Positions 1 through 10,105 of a stretch of DNA of 64,000 nt are shown here, piece by piece. The notes beneath the pieces were generated by a model. It searched no databases and was not told the origin of the DNA. It worked only from the letters and a program-made list of their open reading frames with translations. Numbering within the stretch: position 1 is the first letter of the stretch; each line of letters begins with the position of its first letter. Source of the stretch: a virus (lineage: Duplodnaviria > Heunggongvirae > Uroviricota > Caudoviricetes); IMG/VR virus record IMGVR_UViG_3300031999_000001, positions 136,058-200,057 of that record. One strand, given 5' to 3'. The position numbers and the translations under genes were made by a program.

Positions 1-1615
1 CTCCAGATTTTTCCAAATCTTGACCAATATCATGTTTAGCAACTTTTTTTGCTCCCCATCCTTTCGGAGCAGCAGGTAAATTTGCAATATCTTCATCTCC
101 ATATACTTCTTCTTCATTCATTGTTAGTTCATCTATTTTTGATAAATCATATTGCAAACCAATATAACCAATACTTGGATTCCATGACATTATATAACCA
201 TCTTTACGATATGTTTTATCAGCAGTTCCATGATTTTCTTCTTGTGAACCTTCATGTTCTCCGGGGTAATGCCATTGCTTCAAATATTCTAATGCAGCAT
301 CTTCACCTTCTCTATCAAGTCTTTCAAGTGCATCAAACGCTTCATCACCTTGTAAAAATACAACATTTTCATATTTATCATGATCTGTTGATTCATTAGC
401 ACTTATTTTAACTTTTTTTATTCTTATTTTCTTTTTCTTTGGATAATGTGTTTCTGGTTTAAATTCCTTACCAATAATATCTGGATAATCATTTGTTTTA
501 TTCGTATTTTCTAAAAACGGTTCAGCTTCTTTTGGAAATACTCTTCTTTTCTCAGGTGTTACGGGTTTTTCACCGATAAGTATATTAATTTCTCCCATCA
601 ACTCATTTATTGTTGGTGCATAATCAGGATTTCCTTTTCTTGTGATTATATTATCATATGCCTGCCAGATTATTTTTTTCTTTTTTTCATTTATTTTAGG
701 AACGGGTTCATCATCAACTTCTTTAGTATCATCAGTTGTTATTTGTGGAACTGTTATGGGTTGTTGCTGTGTTGCTTGTTTAAAACGTGCCAATTCCTGA
801 TTTATGATATCATCTTCTTCTTTATCCCATTCATTCAAATCAGCAATAACACTTTTGCCCGTAATTCTTTCAACCTCTGCTTTTAATTCTTGACTTGTCG
901 GTACATAATTAGAATTTGTATTTTTTGTAATTAAATTATCATATGCTGTATTAATAATCTGATAAGCCTTTGGTTTTGTAACACGTTGATTATCAAATTC
1001 ATCCATTTCATTAATATATTTTTCAAGTTCTTCTGCACTTACCCTTACATCTGGATTTGTTGGTTTTTCATCAGCATATGCTTTACCTGTTTGCATATTA
1101 TCCCTACCACCACCAAATGGATATGAATCAATTTTTTGTATTGCTTCTTCATAAAGACTATCAACAGGTTCTTCTTCTTCAATATCAATATATTCGTCAA
1201 TAATATCAAACAATTCATTATTATGCTGTGCATTAAATTGTTTTAATGCGTTTTCATCCATTTCAACACTATTTTCACTATTTGCATCATCAAATGTGAA
1301 ACTCATCATTATAACATTATCTATTTTATAAACACCTTCTTGATCTTGTTCGCTTGAAATTGTTTTAAACGTAAATGTTATATTATTTCCATTGTTGTCA
1401 ACACATAATAATTCAATAAAATTTTCATTATCTTTTGTTTGTGTATTACTGTGTTTTACTTTAAGATTACCACTTTTAAGTTCAGTAAATGCAACTTCAA
1501 GTACACTTTGGGGATTATAATTTTGTCCAAATGCTTCATTTAATTTAATTTTATTAACATTTTGAAACATTTCCAAAAATCTTTCCTTACTTCCTATTTG
1601 CTTATATATTTTCAT
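1..1615 (-). CDS. Large acidic protein (3'-truncated by window edge) with N-terminal KERFLEMF..KLNE leader; putative head-internal protein
   Basis: Absent from ORF track (no stop in window). Manual translation from ATG 1615: MKIYKQIGSKERFLEMFQNVNKIKLNEAFG..., apparently open to the edge; co-oriented with neighbours. Confidence 0.75.
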   Translation of the reverse strand, partial: MKIYKQIGSKERFLEMFQNVNKIKLNEAFGQNYNPQSVLEVAFTELKSGNLKVKHSNTQTKDNENFIELLCVDNNGNNITFTFKTISSEQDQEGVYKIDNVIMMSFTFDDANSENSVEMDENALKQFNAQHNNELFDIIDEYIDIEEEEPVDSLYEEAIQKIDSYPFGGGRDNMQTGKAYADEKPTNPDVRVSAEELEKYINEMDEFDNQRVTKPKAYQIINTAYDNLITKNTNSNYVPTSQELKAEVERITGKSVIADLNEWDKEEDDIINQELARFKQATQQQPITVPQITTDDTKEVDDEPVPKINEKKKKIIWQAYDNIITRKGNPDYAPTINELMGEINILIGEKPVTPEKRRVFPKEAEPFLENTNKTNDYPDIIGKEFKPETHYPKKKKIRIKKVKISANESTDHDKYENVVFLQGDEAFDALERLDREGEDAALEYLKQWHYPGEHEGSQEENHGTADKTYRKDGYIMSWNPSIGYIGLQYDLSKIDELTMNEEEVYGDEDIANLPAAPKGWGAKKVAKHDIGQDLEKSG

Positions 1616-1627
1616 ATCTATTTATTT

Positions 1628-2074
1628 TTATTCAAAAATTATTGGATTCGTCTTACCGAATTCTCTTAAAAAAACACCAGCAAGTGCATTTGCTTCATTT
1701 TCATGTTCACTGCCAGTATTGTTTGAATTCGATGTTAATTTACCCTCTTTATATTGCTTGTGATGTATTAATTCATGTGCTAATGTTCTTAATATGTCTG
1801 CTAAATTTCTATTTACTGCAACCACTCTTAATTCATTTGTTTCTGGTGTATATTTACCAAATGATTTCATATTTTCAGCTTCTTTATCATCATATGAAAT
1901 TTTTATATCTGGCATTTTATCACCTAAATTAAGCTGTTTATCGGCATATTCAACAAATTTGTTAATAACCTCATTTTTCTTTTCAACAGGAAGTACCTGT
2001 TCATTAAGATTATTAACTTTTTTCATCATTTCAAAAAGCCTTTCTTTTGAACCATATGAATAAAATATTTTCAT
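1628..2074 (-). CDS. HEXXH zinc metallopeptidase-like protein with N-terminal leader
   Basis: RTLAHELIHHKQ motif plus downstream ENEANALAG (third-ligand Glu); leader SKERLFEMMKKVNNLNE. Confidence 0.7.
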   Translation of the reverse strand: MKIFYSYGSKERLFEMMKKVNNLNEQVLPVEKKNEVINKFVEYADKQLNLGDKMPDIKISYDDKEAENMKSFGKYTPETNELRVVAVNRNLADILRTLAHELIHHKQYKEGKLTSNSNNTGSEHENEANALAGVFLREFGKTNPIIFE

Positions 2075-2076
2075 AA

Positions 2077-2616
2077 TTAACTTTCTGGTTCTCTACCCCT
2101 TAAATAAGGTGCTTCACTATCGTTTCCTGATTGATTTTTTGGTGTTTCTTGATTCCAAATTTCTTTTGCTTTATTATAAAAAGATTTTTCATCGCCAAAA
2201 TTTTCACCAATTACTGGAAATGCACCCATTTTTTCAACAAGATCAAAATCTTCAAGATGTTGAAGTTCTTCTGAACTCAACATTCCATCATAATCAGTTA
2301 AATCGCCATAATTATAAGCAATAGCATCTTTATAACCGGGTTTACCTGTCACTACATTATAATTAATCTGTAATCTTTCATATAATGCGTGCCAATCAAT
2401 TGAATTAAAATTACCAATACCTTGTTTATATTGTGGTCCGTCATCACGTTCTGGTTCATCTTGTGGGTCAAAAGCATCAGGTTGATACTCTGTTCCCATT
2501 GGTTCACCTGCATCGTTTTTTACGGTATTCCAACCTTCATTCAATTTTGGTTTAAATGTCGGGTCTATTTTTTGCATAACCTCAAAAAGTCTTTGTTTAT
2601 TGTCTTTTTTAACCAT
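2077..2616 (-). CDS. Hypothetical protein with KDNKQRLFEVM..KLNE leader
   Basis: Likely start ATG 2616 (MVKKDNKQRLFEVMQKIDPTF), directly after the upstream gene's stop at 2618. Confidence 0.7.
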   Translation of the reverse strand: MVKKDNKQRLFEVMQKIDPTFKPKLNEGWNTVKNDAGEPMGTEYQPDAFDPQDEPERDDGPQYKQGIGNFNSIDWHALYERLQINYNVVTGKPGYKDAIAYNYGDLTDYDGMLSSEELQHLEDFDLVEKMGAFPVIGENFGDEKSFYNKAKEIWNQETPKNQSGNDSEAPYLRGREPES

Positions 2617-2617
2617 T

Positions 2618-3343
2618 TTATACAATTTCATTAAAACTATCTTGGACATCTATTTTTGATTTTTGCGGTAAATCATCAAAATCAGCAACAAACGTACCAT
2701 CAGGTAATTTGTTTATGCCCTTTTCCATTTCTTTATTTCTTTTTTCATTAAACCAATTTCCTGACCAAAAATCATTTAAATTAAAATAATATGGATAAGA
2801 AACATTAGTTTTGCTCATAAGTTTTTCAGAATTGGTTGGTTCACGAACTTCTTCAACATCAGCATTTAATGTATCTAATTTTGCATTTAATCCCTGAACA
2901 GTACTATCCAAACTTTCTAATTTATCATGAATACTTTTCATGGCTTCGATATTATGTTTAATAATATCATTTTGAATATCATCAACTTGTTGTTCTGGCT
3001 CTGCTGATGGCATTGGTGCACCCATACCCATAGGGTCGGTTGCTGTCATATCTACAGGTGCTCCATTTGTTTTTGTATCACCAGTTTTATCAAATGCTGG
3101 TATAGGAGCATCCATACCAATAGGTTGATCATTCGAAGGTGCTGGGGGCACTTCACCGCCACCCGGTTTTTCAGCATCTTCTTGATCACCAGCTTCATTA
3201 GTTAACGGAGGAACATCATCATATTCCTCGCCATCATTTACTAATGGGCGATATTTGGGAGATTCGTTGATTATATAATCAACACGATGTTTAATCTTTC
3301 TTAAATGTTCTTTAGAAAGATTATTTTTCTTATCATTTTTCAT
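2618..3343 (-). CDS. Hypothetical acidic/Pro-rich protein with coiled coil, probably head-associated
   Basis: 241 aa ORF; INE|S-type site near the N-terminus; heptad segment IHDKLESLDSTVQGLNAKLDTL. Confidence 0.6.
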   Translation of the reverse strand: MKNDKKNNLSKEHLRKIKHRVDYIINESPKYRPLVNDGEEYDDVPPLTNEAGDQEDAEKPGGGEVPPAPSNDQPIGMDAPIPAFDKTGDTKTNGAPVDMTATDPMGMGAPMPSAEPEQQVDDIQNDIIKHNIEAMKSIHDKLESLDSTVQGLNAKLDTLNADVEEVREPTNSEKLMSKTNVSYPYYFNLNDFWSGNWFNEKRNKEMEKGINKLPDGTFVADFDDLPQKSKIDVQDSFNEIV

Positions 3344-3358
3344 TGTTAATGAATGTTA

Positions 3359-3550
3359 TTAATACCACTCTCTAAGTAATAGTTTTCCGTCCTTTGTTAT
3401 ATAAACTTTATCAACACGCTCGATAAGTCCTTCTCTTTCATCGAGAACAACTTTTTTTGCGTTTTCTTTTTTTGCTTTTTCTGCTAATTCTTCTTCAGTT
3501 TCAGGAGTTTCAACAAAATTTTCAAGTGCTTTTTCTACATTGTCTTCCAT
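3359..3550 (-). CDS. Small hypothetical protein
   Basis: 63 aa ORF preceded by a doubled GTATTTAT motif. Confidence 0.6.
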   Translation of the reverse strand: MEDNVEKALENFVETPETEEELAEKAKKENAKKVVLDEREGLIERVDKVYITKDGKLLLREWY

Positions 3551-3570
3551 AGCGTTATAATTTATTTAAT

Positions 3571-3589
3571 ATAAATACTCAATAAATAC
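3571..3589 (-). promoter_or_regulatory. Putative late promoter (GTATTTAT x2)
   Basis: ATAAATAC at 3571-3578 and 3582-3589 on + strand, 21 nt from the start codon at 3550. Confidence 0.6.
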
Positions 3590-3657
3590 ATAAATATTAT
3601 TTAGAAGCTGATAATCTTTTTCTATTTCCAATACCACCAATTTTTGTTTTTATTAAA

Positions 3658-4293
3658 TTATTTTGTCAGAATGACAACCATATATCTTTTAAGATACGAA
3701 AAATTTGGAAAGATTTTATATTGATTAAGATACATCTGCCCATCCATATCATTTATATAAACAGCAGAACGTATAGAAATTTCTTCTTTTATTTCATCAA
3801 TATTGAATTTAAAAAGGGAATACATATTTAAATTTACACCAATAATTTTATTTTCCGATAATACATAAATCATTTCATTTTTAAAATTATATGTAACATC
3901 AATTTGTTTGGGAATAACATCCATTAATCCTTGTATATCGGCAATTTGAAAAAAAACTGGGTCTAAATTAACATATAAATATTTTGGTTGAAAATAAAAT
4001 TGCGGTGCTAAATTTACAAAACTTTCAACACCTTTAACATGTGAAGATTTACTTTCTTCAAAATTAAATTCCCAATACAATTCATTAGTTACAATTTTCT
4101 TATGAAGAATATCTGCATGTTGTATTAATTCATTATTTGAATTACATGCTTTCATGAATGACCATCCAACATATAATGTTGGCAATGTTTTGTCGAGTTT
4201 TCGATATTCTGTTAATTCATTAATATAATTAACATACTCAACTTTTGTGTGATTTACCAGTTCCTTTTCATAAATAATGTTAGCAATTTTCAT
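3658..4293 (-). CDS. Hypothetical protein
   Basis: 211 aa ORF with normal composition. Confidence 0.65.
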   Translation of the reverse strand: MKIANIIYEKELVNHTKVEYVNYINELTEYRKLDKTLPTLYVGWSFMKACNSNNELIQHADILHKKIVTNELYWEFNFEESKSSHVKGVESFVNLAPQFYFQPKYLYVNLDPVFFQIADIQGLMDVIPKQIDVTYNFKNEMIYVLSENKIIGVNLNMYSLFKFNIDEIKEEISIRSAVYINDMDGQMYLNQYKIFPNFSYLKRYMVVILTK

Positions 4294-4549
4294 ATTGTGC
4301 TTTATAGTTATTCACATTTTCTCCAAATACTTTAATAATGGTTTTCAAGTCTTCAACTGAATCTGGACTAAAATAAAATGCTGCACCCATTAAAAAAATA
4401 TTATGGTCACTAAAATAATTCACCAAGCATGGAAATTTAAACCCATAAATATCCTTTTCTGTTATTTCAAGTACGTAATGCTCAATATCCACATTATATT
4501 TGAATCCTAATTCAGTTAATTCCTCTTTTGTTGGTTTATATTTTTTCAT
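4280..4549 (-). CDS. Hypothetical protein
   Basis: Probable start MKKYKPT at 4549; GTATTTAT at 4558-4565. Confidence 0.55.
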   Translation of the reverse strand: MKKYKPTKEELTELGFKYNVDIEHYVLEITEKDIYGFKFPCLVNYFSDHNIFLMGAAFYFSPDSVEDLKTIIKVFGENVNNYKAQYENC

Positions 4550-4596
4550 TATTAAACATAAATACTTCATCCACAACTTTTAACACCATATTCATA

Positions 4597-4884
4597 TTAA
4601 AGTTCCTCAATCCTTTTACTTTTATCGTCAATCAATAAATCATATGCTGGTTTTTGTCTCATAATTACATCATGAAACTTACAACCCCAATCAATTAATT
4701 GTTGTGCGGTTAACTCTGTCCAATTTATGCCAGTATTTTGTCCTCTGGCTGACCAATAAATTATTATATTACCCTCATCGTAAAGTTTATTAATTTTTGC
4801 AATATTCTTTGGAATTGGCTTTGCATTATCGTAACCCCCAACAGTCGTACATATTGTACCGTCTATGTCACAGTATATCAACAT
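4597..4884 (-). CDS. Minimal HAD-family phosphatase (capsule biosynthesis EcbF/BcbF-like)
   Basis: DIDGT motif I, SARG motif II, KP..D..IDDK motifs III/IV. Confidence 0.75.
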   Translation of the reverse strand: MLIYCDIDGTICTTVGGYDNAKPIPKNIAKINKLYDEGNIIIYWSARGQNTGINWTELTAQQLIDWGCKFHDVIMRQKPAYDLLIDDKSKRIEEL

Positions 4885-4896
4885 ATTCTAATTGTT

Positions 4897-5676
4897 TTAC
4901 TTAATTTTTTTTAAATCAACAATAACCACACCTCTTTGAGTTACCACCCAAGAAGCACATTTATTTGCAAATCGTATTGCTTCACAAATATCATTATTTT
5001 CCATGAATTTTGCAACAAGTGCTGCAAGAAAAGTATCACCAGCACCACTTAAATCCCTGACATTATGTTCATTTTCAATTGAAAATTTTTCAATTTTAAT
5101 TTCACCATCATCATTATAATTTAACATTGCACCATCTTTACCTAATGTTATAATAATATCATTTGGAAATTCATATGTTAAATATTCTTTATTTTCATTA
5201 TATTCTTTTTCATTAATTTTTATATATTTGATATTAAATGCCCATTTTCCAATTATTTTTTTTGTATCCATAAATATTAAAGGATGATTTTCTGCAATAT
5301 ATATAATATCATCATGACTTAAAAATCCTTTATTATAATCGGAAATTATAATTGCAACATATTGATTAAAATCAATTCCTTTCAATTCTTTTGCCCTTAA
5401 TGGTTTAATTTTATCATTTTCGTCAACCCTAAGTAACATTTGGTTTGAAACTTCATCAACATATCTCATTTTTACTGGTCTGATATCATTTGTAAAAATA
5501 TCACAATGAACACCTAATGCTTTGAGATTTTCATAAACATTTATTGCCATTCCACCATTACCAGTTGTTCTTAAGGGAAGAAAAATTGGTACGGGTGCTT
5601 CGGGACTTAATTTATCACATATTCCATATCTGAACACATCCTCACAACTATCGCCAATTACTAATACTTTTTTCAT
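4897..5676 (-). CDS. PfkB-family sugar kinase, HldE/RfaE kinase domain-like (heptose-7-phosphate kinase)
   Basis: VLVIGD, LSPEAPVP, ISDYNKG and DLSGAGDTF motifs. Confidence 0.85.
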   Translation of the reverse strand: MKKVLVIGDSCEDVFRYGICDKLSPEAPVPIFLPLRTTGNGGMAINVYENLKALGVHCDIFTNDIRPVKMRYVDEVSNQMLLRVDENDKIKPLRAKELKGIDFNQYVAIIISDYNKGFLSHDDIIYIAENHPLIFMDTKKIIGKWAFNIKYIKINEKEYNENKEYLTYEFPNDIIITLGKDGAMLNYNDDGEIKIEKFSIENEHNVRDLSGAGDTFLAALVAKFMENNDICEAIRFANKCASWVVTQRGVVIVDLKKIK

Positions 5677-7151
5677 TTCTTATTATATTTCTTTAATGCT
5701 ATTAATTGTTTTTTAATGTTTGATATTTCATAATCGGTTTCAAGCATTTTATTTAATGGTTTTTCCATACTAAATTCATTGATTTTTACTGATTTTTTAT
5801 ATACTTTTCTTATTGTTCTTAATAAATCACATTTATGTAAACCTTTAACACCAATTTGTGTAATAACATCAGAATTATCCCAATTTAACATTATTTTTTC
5901 GGCAATTTTACACCAAAACAATGTTGTAATACCATTCCAATAATAATTAACATAACCATTCACTTCTTCTTTTTCATCAACACTTAAAAACCAATCCAAT
6001 AAAGATTTATTTGAATTTAATTCATGCCCAATTATTGATGTTCTAATGATTTTGGTGTTCTTAAAATTATCAACAATTATTTTAGATATCTTAGCTTTAC
6101 TTTTACCATAATCATCATTAGCATCACGTTCATCGGTTTTTTTATATTTTTCTGGATATGGAATGTCTCCAGAAAATTCACAATCTGTTGAAGGATGAAG
6201 AACTTTTTTTCCGATAGATTCTAAAAATATTGGTAAATCAACATTAATTTTATCATAATCTTCTGATTTGTATTTTTTTTGCGGTATTGCACCAATACAA
6301 TTTATAATAAAATCAACATTACAATTAATTATAAAATCTTTAAATTCATTTGAATCCCATCTAAAATCACAGACATATACGATATATCTATTATTAAAAT
6401 ATTTATATACCATATTACCAAGCATTCCATTATGTCCCAATATCAGTAATTTTATACCTTCTTTTAATTTAAGTAATTCACGTTTTATTTTTGACATGTT
6501 TCTTATAATTCCATTCAGATTTTTACTTGTTACTGAATCATTATGTCTTCTTTTATAAGATAGAAATTCTGGTACGCCATCAAATGGTATGTTATAAATT
6601 GTTGATTTTATCATCCAATAATAATCTTCTGAAAATTTTAAATGTTCAGGAAATGGAAAATTTTTATAAACATATTTCGGAATGAAAATACCCGTAAATC
6701 CAATTCGTGATTTACACCAAATCGTTTCCTCAAATTTTTCAGAACTCATTTTTTTTGTTTCTCTCTTTTTTGTAATATTATTATCTTTATCAATTATCCA
6801 TGCATTATTATATAAAACAGATTTTGGAAATTTTTGCGCATATTCTATTTTTATTTTTAATAAATCTTTATCAAAATAATCATCTGCAGGACACCAACAC
6901 CAATAATCTCCATTACTTTCATCAAAACTTTTATTTATGATAACACCAACATTATCTTGTTTATCTAATTTAAAAATTTTAACCCTTTTATCATTTTCAT
7001 ATTCTTTAATTATATTTAATGAATCATCGGTGCTGCCATCATCATAAATGAGATATTCAAAATCCGTATAACTTTGATTTAAAACACTTTCTATTGCTTG
7101 CGCAATATATGAAGCATTGTTGTAATTAGATGTAAAAACCGATATTTTCAT
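5673..7151 (-). CDS. Fusion: GT2 glycosyltransferase + RmlD-like NDP-4-keto-6-deoxysugar reductase
   Basis: N-term YNNASYIAQAIESVLNQSY/DDGSTD/ADD/SEDY; C-term LILGHNGMLG, INCIG, HPSTDCEFSG, YGKSK. Confidence 0.85.
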   Translation of the reverse strand: MKISVFTSNYNNASYIAQAIESVLNQSYTDFEYLIYDDGSTDDSLNIIKEYENDKRVKIFKLDKQDNVGVIINKSFDESNGDYWCWCPADDYFDKDLLKIKIEYAQKFPKSVLYNNAWIIDKDNNITKKRETKKMSSEKFEETIWCKSRIGFTGIFIPKYVYKNFPFPEHLKFSEDYYWMIKSTIYNIPFDGVPEFLSYKRRHNDSVTSKNLNGIIRNMSKIKRELLKLKEGIKLLILGHNGMLGNMVYKYFNNRYIVYVCDFRWDSNEFKDFIINCNVDFIINCIGAIPQKKYKSEDYDKINVDLPIFLESIGKKVLHPSTDCEFSGDIPYPEKYKKTDERDANDDYGKSKAKISKIIVDNFKNTKIIRTSIIGHELNSNKSLLDWFLSVDEKEEVNGYVNYYWNGITTLFWCKIAEKIMLNWDNSDVITQIGVKGLHKCDLLRTIRKVYKKSVKINEFSMEKPLNKMLETDYEISNIKKQLIALKKYNKK

Positions 7152-7153
7152 AT

Positions 7154-7822
7154 TTATTTATTTATTAATTTTAAATTATATTTACTTACATTAAAATCAG
7201 ACCTACTACCTAATAATTTGGTCATATGAATATTATCACCATGTATTGTCAAAAGCACATTTAAATTATCTATTTTTATTCCTTTAATGAAAATTCCAAT
7301 ACTACCATGTGATTTTGAATATGGTATACATTTATATTCATCTTTTTTTTCCATAACTGAAATAAAACCACTTGTACCTGTTGCATTCCATGTTTTTTTT
7401 CCTTTTGTTATTATATTAATCATATCCATTTTTTTTATATCATAATAAAATGGAAATTCTGTTTCAATTATAGATTTATGAAGATTTTCAACAAAATCAT
7501 TACCCAAACAATTATCACTATCAATTCTTGTTGTTAAAACATATTCTTCATCAATAAGTTCCAGTAATTTCGGTAATATTTCTTTAAGAATTTTATTTGC
7601 TCCTGATGATTCAAGCAATAATTGATATTCATTACTAATTTTACCCACAGGTTCATATCCCCATAAAGTAACGAACTTAAAATTTTTATTAGTTTGCACT
7701 TCAATTGATGACCTTAATGTATTATTTAAAATATTAATTCTATTATTAAGCCAGACTTCATCTTTTGATTGTGGAAGCCATTTAATATTAACTCTACTAA
7801 CAATTAAATGTGTAAATTTCAT
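7154..7822 (-). CDS. Putative glycosyltransferase (putative rhamnosyltransferase-like, GT-A)
   Basis: WLNNR..SIEVQTNKNF and TTRIDSDN pattern. Confidence 0.6.
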   Translation of the reverse strand: MKFTHLIVSRVNIKWLPQSKDEVWLNNRINILNNTLRSSIEVQTNKNFKFVTLWGYEPVGKISNEYQLLLESSGANKILKEILPKLLELIDEEYVLTTRIDSDNCLGNDFVENLHKSIIETEFPFYYDIKKMDMINIITKGKKTWNATGTSGFISVMEKKDEYKCIPYSKSHGSIGIFIKGIKIDNLNVLLTIHGDNIHMTKLLGSRSDFNVSKYNLKLINK

Positions 7823-7825
7823 ATT

Positions 7826-8827
7826 TTACTTTATTAAAAAACCACCCTCAAATAATAATTCACGTAAATAATTTTTATCCTTTATATTATCTGCCGATGA
7901 AAATGTTTTAAAATTTACTTTTTTATGATTATTTAAGTACGTATATTCTTTATTTATTTTTATTGATGGTAATATAATATAATAATTTTCATAAAATTTA
8001 TATGAATTCACTGATTCGTGTTCAGATATTAATATTTCATGTACTTTCTCACCCTCTCTAATGCCAATCTCTTCAATTTTTGTATCTGAATTTCCATAAT
8101 ATTCAATCAACACCTTTGCTAAATCACTAATATAAAATGATGGCATATTCATTACAAAAGTTTCACCACCAATGCTATGTTCAGCAGCTTCAAATAATAA
8201 AAAAATTGCTTGAGATAATGTAAGAAAAAATCTGGTCATTGTCTTATCAGTAATTGTTACTTTATTTTGTGTTTTAATTTGATTAATAAAATGTGGAACA
8301 ACACTACCATTTGAACCCAAAACATTACCACCCCTAATACAAACAAAATCAGTATTATTTGTTAAATTATTTGCCTGAATTGTAAGTTTTTCACCAACCG
8401 ATTTTGTCATTCCATATAAATTCGTTGGTGAAACCGCTTTATCTGTTGAAATATCAACAAACTTTTTAACTCCATACTTAATAGCAGAATTAATTAAATT
8501 TATTGTTCCAATAATATTAGTTTTTATTGCTTCTTGTGGTTGATTTTCACAAACAGGAACATGTTTTAATGCTGCGAGATGAAAAACATAATTAATATTT
8601 TTATGATTAAATAATCTATCAACAGCATCCGCATCACGAACATCACCAATAATATATTCAATTTTATTATTATTAAATTTTCTCAGCATGTTTACTTGTG
8701 CAAGTTCACCACGAGAATATATAATTATTTTTTTTGGGTCTTTCTCCAAAAGTTGTAATGTTAATTCATTTCCCCATGAACCCGAACCACCATCAATTAA
8801 AATTATTTTGTTTTCAAACATAATCAT
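7826..8827 (-). CDS. UDP-GlcNAc 4,6-dehydratase/5-epimerase (FnlA/CapE/PseB family)
   Basis: GGSGSWG, GDVRD, FHLAALKHVP, STDKAV.P.NLYGMTK, GNVLGSNGSV, MTRF, GIREGEK. Confidence 0.9.
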   Translation of the reverse strand: MIMFENKIILIDGGSGSWGNELTLQLLEKDPKKIIIYSRGELAQVNMLRKFNNNKIEYIIGDVRDADAVDRLFNHKNINYVFHLAALKHVPVCENQPQEAIKTNIIGTINLINSAIKYGVKKFVDISTDKAVSPTNLYGMTKSVGEKLTIQANNLTNNTDFVCIRGGNVLGSNGSVVPHFINQIKTQNKVTITDKTMTRFFLTLSQAIFLLFEAAEHSIGGETFVMNMPSFYISDLAKVLIEYYGNSDTKIEEIGIREGEKVHEILISEHESVNSYKFYENYYIILPSIKINKEYTYLNNHKKVNFKTFSSADNIKDKNYLRELLFEGGFLIK

Positions 8828-9462
8828 TTATTAATTTTTATCATTCTTATTATTTTAAATGACTCAGCATATTCCAAATTAGATGAAAAACCACGAATAT
8901 TTGAATAACTCATTAATAGTTCTTTTGGTCTAAATTTTCTTACTTGTGATTTATGTAATTTATATGCATTTATTTTATTTTCAATATCAATTTCTTCAAA
9001 ATAATTTGGTTGAAATTCATTTTCACCCCAAAGTAAATATTGTTCAACCTCATAAACAAACACATTTGGTACAAAATAATTTAAATCATGTGGTCTTAAT
9101 GCAACAATACAAGCATCATAAACTTCTTTATGATCTTGATTGTATGAAAAATTTGGAATAAAAATTTCATTTGGTTTTAATTCATTAATAATATCAGTAA
9201 TTTCATTAATTATCATTTCTTTTTTATAATTATTTACTTGATTAGTACCTATTCGATATTCAAAATTTAAAAATTTCGATACTGCATCAACTTCTTTAAT
9301 TCTTTCATCTCTTCTCACAACATGAAATAAATCAATACCTAAATAATAAACAAAAGAACAATTATTATTTTTTCTATTATTTAAAATTCCAGCACAACCC
9401 AATACTTCATCATCACAATGTGGTGATATTATTAATGTTTTATATGTCTTTTTCATATTCAA
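8824..9462 (-). CDS. PIG-L/LmbE-family N-acetyl sugar deacetylase
   Basis: SPHCDDEVLG, NQDH, HKSQ, AESF motifs. Confidence 0.85.
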   Translation of the reverse strand: MNMKKTYKTLIISPHCDDEVLGCAGILNNRKNNNCSFVYYLGIDLFHVVRRDERIKEVDAVSKFLNFEYRIGTNQVNNYKKEMIINEITDIINELKPNEIFIPNFSYNQDHKEVYDACIVALRPHDLNYFVPNVFVYEVEQYLLWGENEFQPNYFEEIDIENKINAYKLHKSQVRKFRPKELLMSYSNIRGFSSNLEYAESFKIIRMIKINK

Positions 9463-10105
9463 TAATTTTTAATATAATTTTTCCAGTTTTACAATTAATA
9501 TAACATTCTGGATATGGTTTTTGTAACGAACGTACTTTATTATAAAAATATTCAGCATCGTTATTTAAAAAATCTTCTGGTTTTATTTCAGAATTATTTG
9601 GCTTTAAACGTTTGTATGTTGTAGCTTCTTCCTTATTTTGTTTTATCCATAATATTGAATCATTCTTATAATTTTCAATAAAATCTTTTGTTCCTATAAT
9701 ACCAAAATTTTCTATTTTTTTTAATATTATATCTAAATATCCGTTTAATTCAAAATCAACCTGATAATATATATCACCATCATCTAATCCCTTTTCCATT
9801 TTAAATATTGTAACTGCTGAAAATTTTTCCCCTGCAATTATTTGATTTTGTATTGGTGTTCCGCCTCTATATTTGGGTAATTTTGATGGATGTAAACATA
9901 AACAAATATAAGAATCAACAATTTTCTGAGACACCATCCAACTCCAACCATAAAAAAATATAACATCTGGATTTATTATATTAATAAAATCAATTGTACA
10001 TAATTTTTTATTTGTAATAAGTATATATTCATCTTCCAATGAAGATATTTCCTTAAAAATATTAATTGCCCAATCTCTATATGCAAAAAATAAAAATCTT
10101 TTCAT
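9440..10105 (-). CDS. Formyltransferase (Fmt-like, probably sugar N-formyltransferase)
   Basis: LHPSKLPKYRGGTP, LDDGDI, VRSLQKPYP. Confidence 0.85.
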   Translation of the reverse strand: MKRFLFFAYRDWAINIFKEISSLEDEYILITNKKLCTIDFINIINPDVIFFYGWSWMVSQKIVDSYICLCLHPSKLPKYRGGTPIQNQIIAGEKFSAVTIFKMEKGLDDGDIYYQVDFELNGYLDIILKKIENFGIIGTKDFIENYKNDSILWIKQNKEEATTYKRLKPNNSEIKPEDFLNNDAEYFYNKVRSLQKPYPECYINCKTGKIILKIIEYEKDI

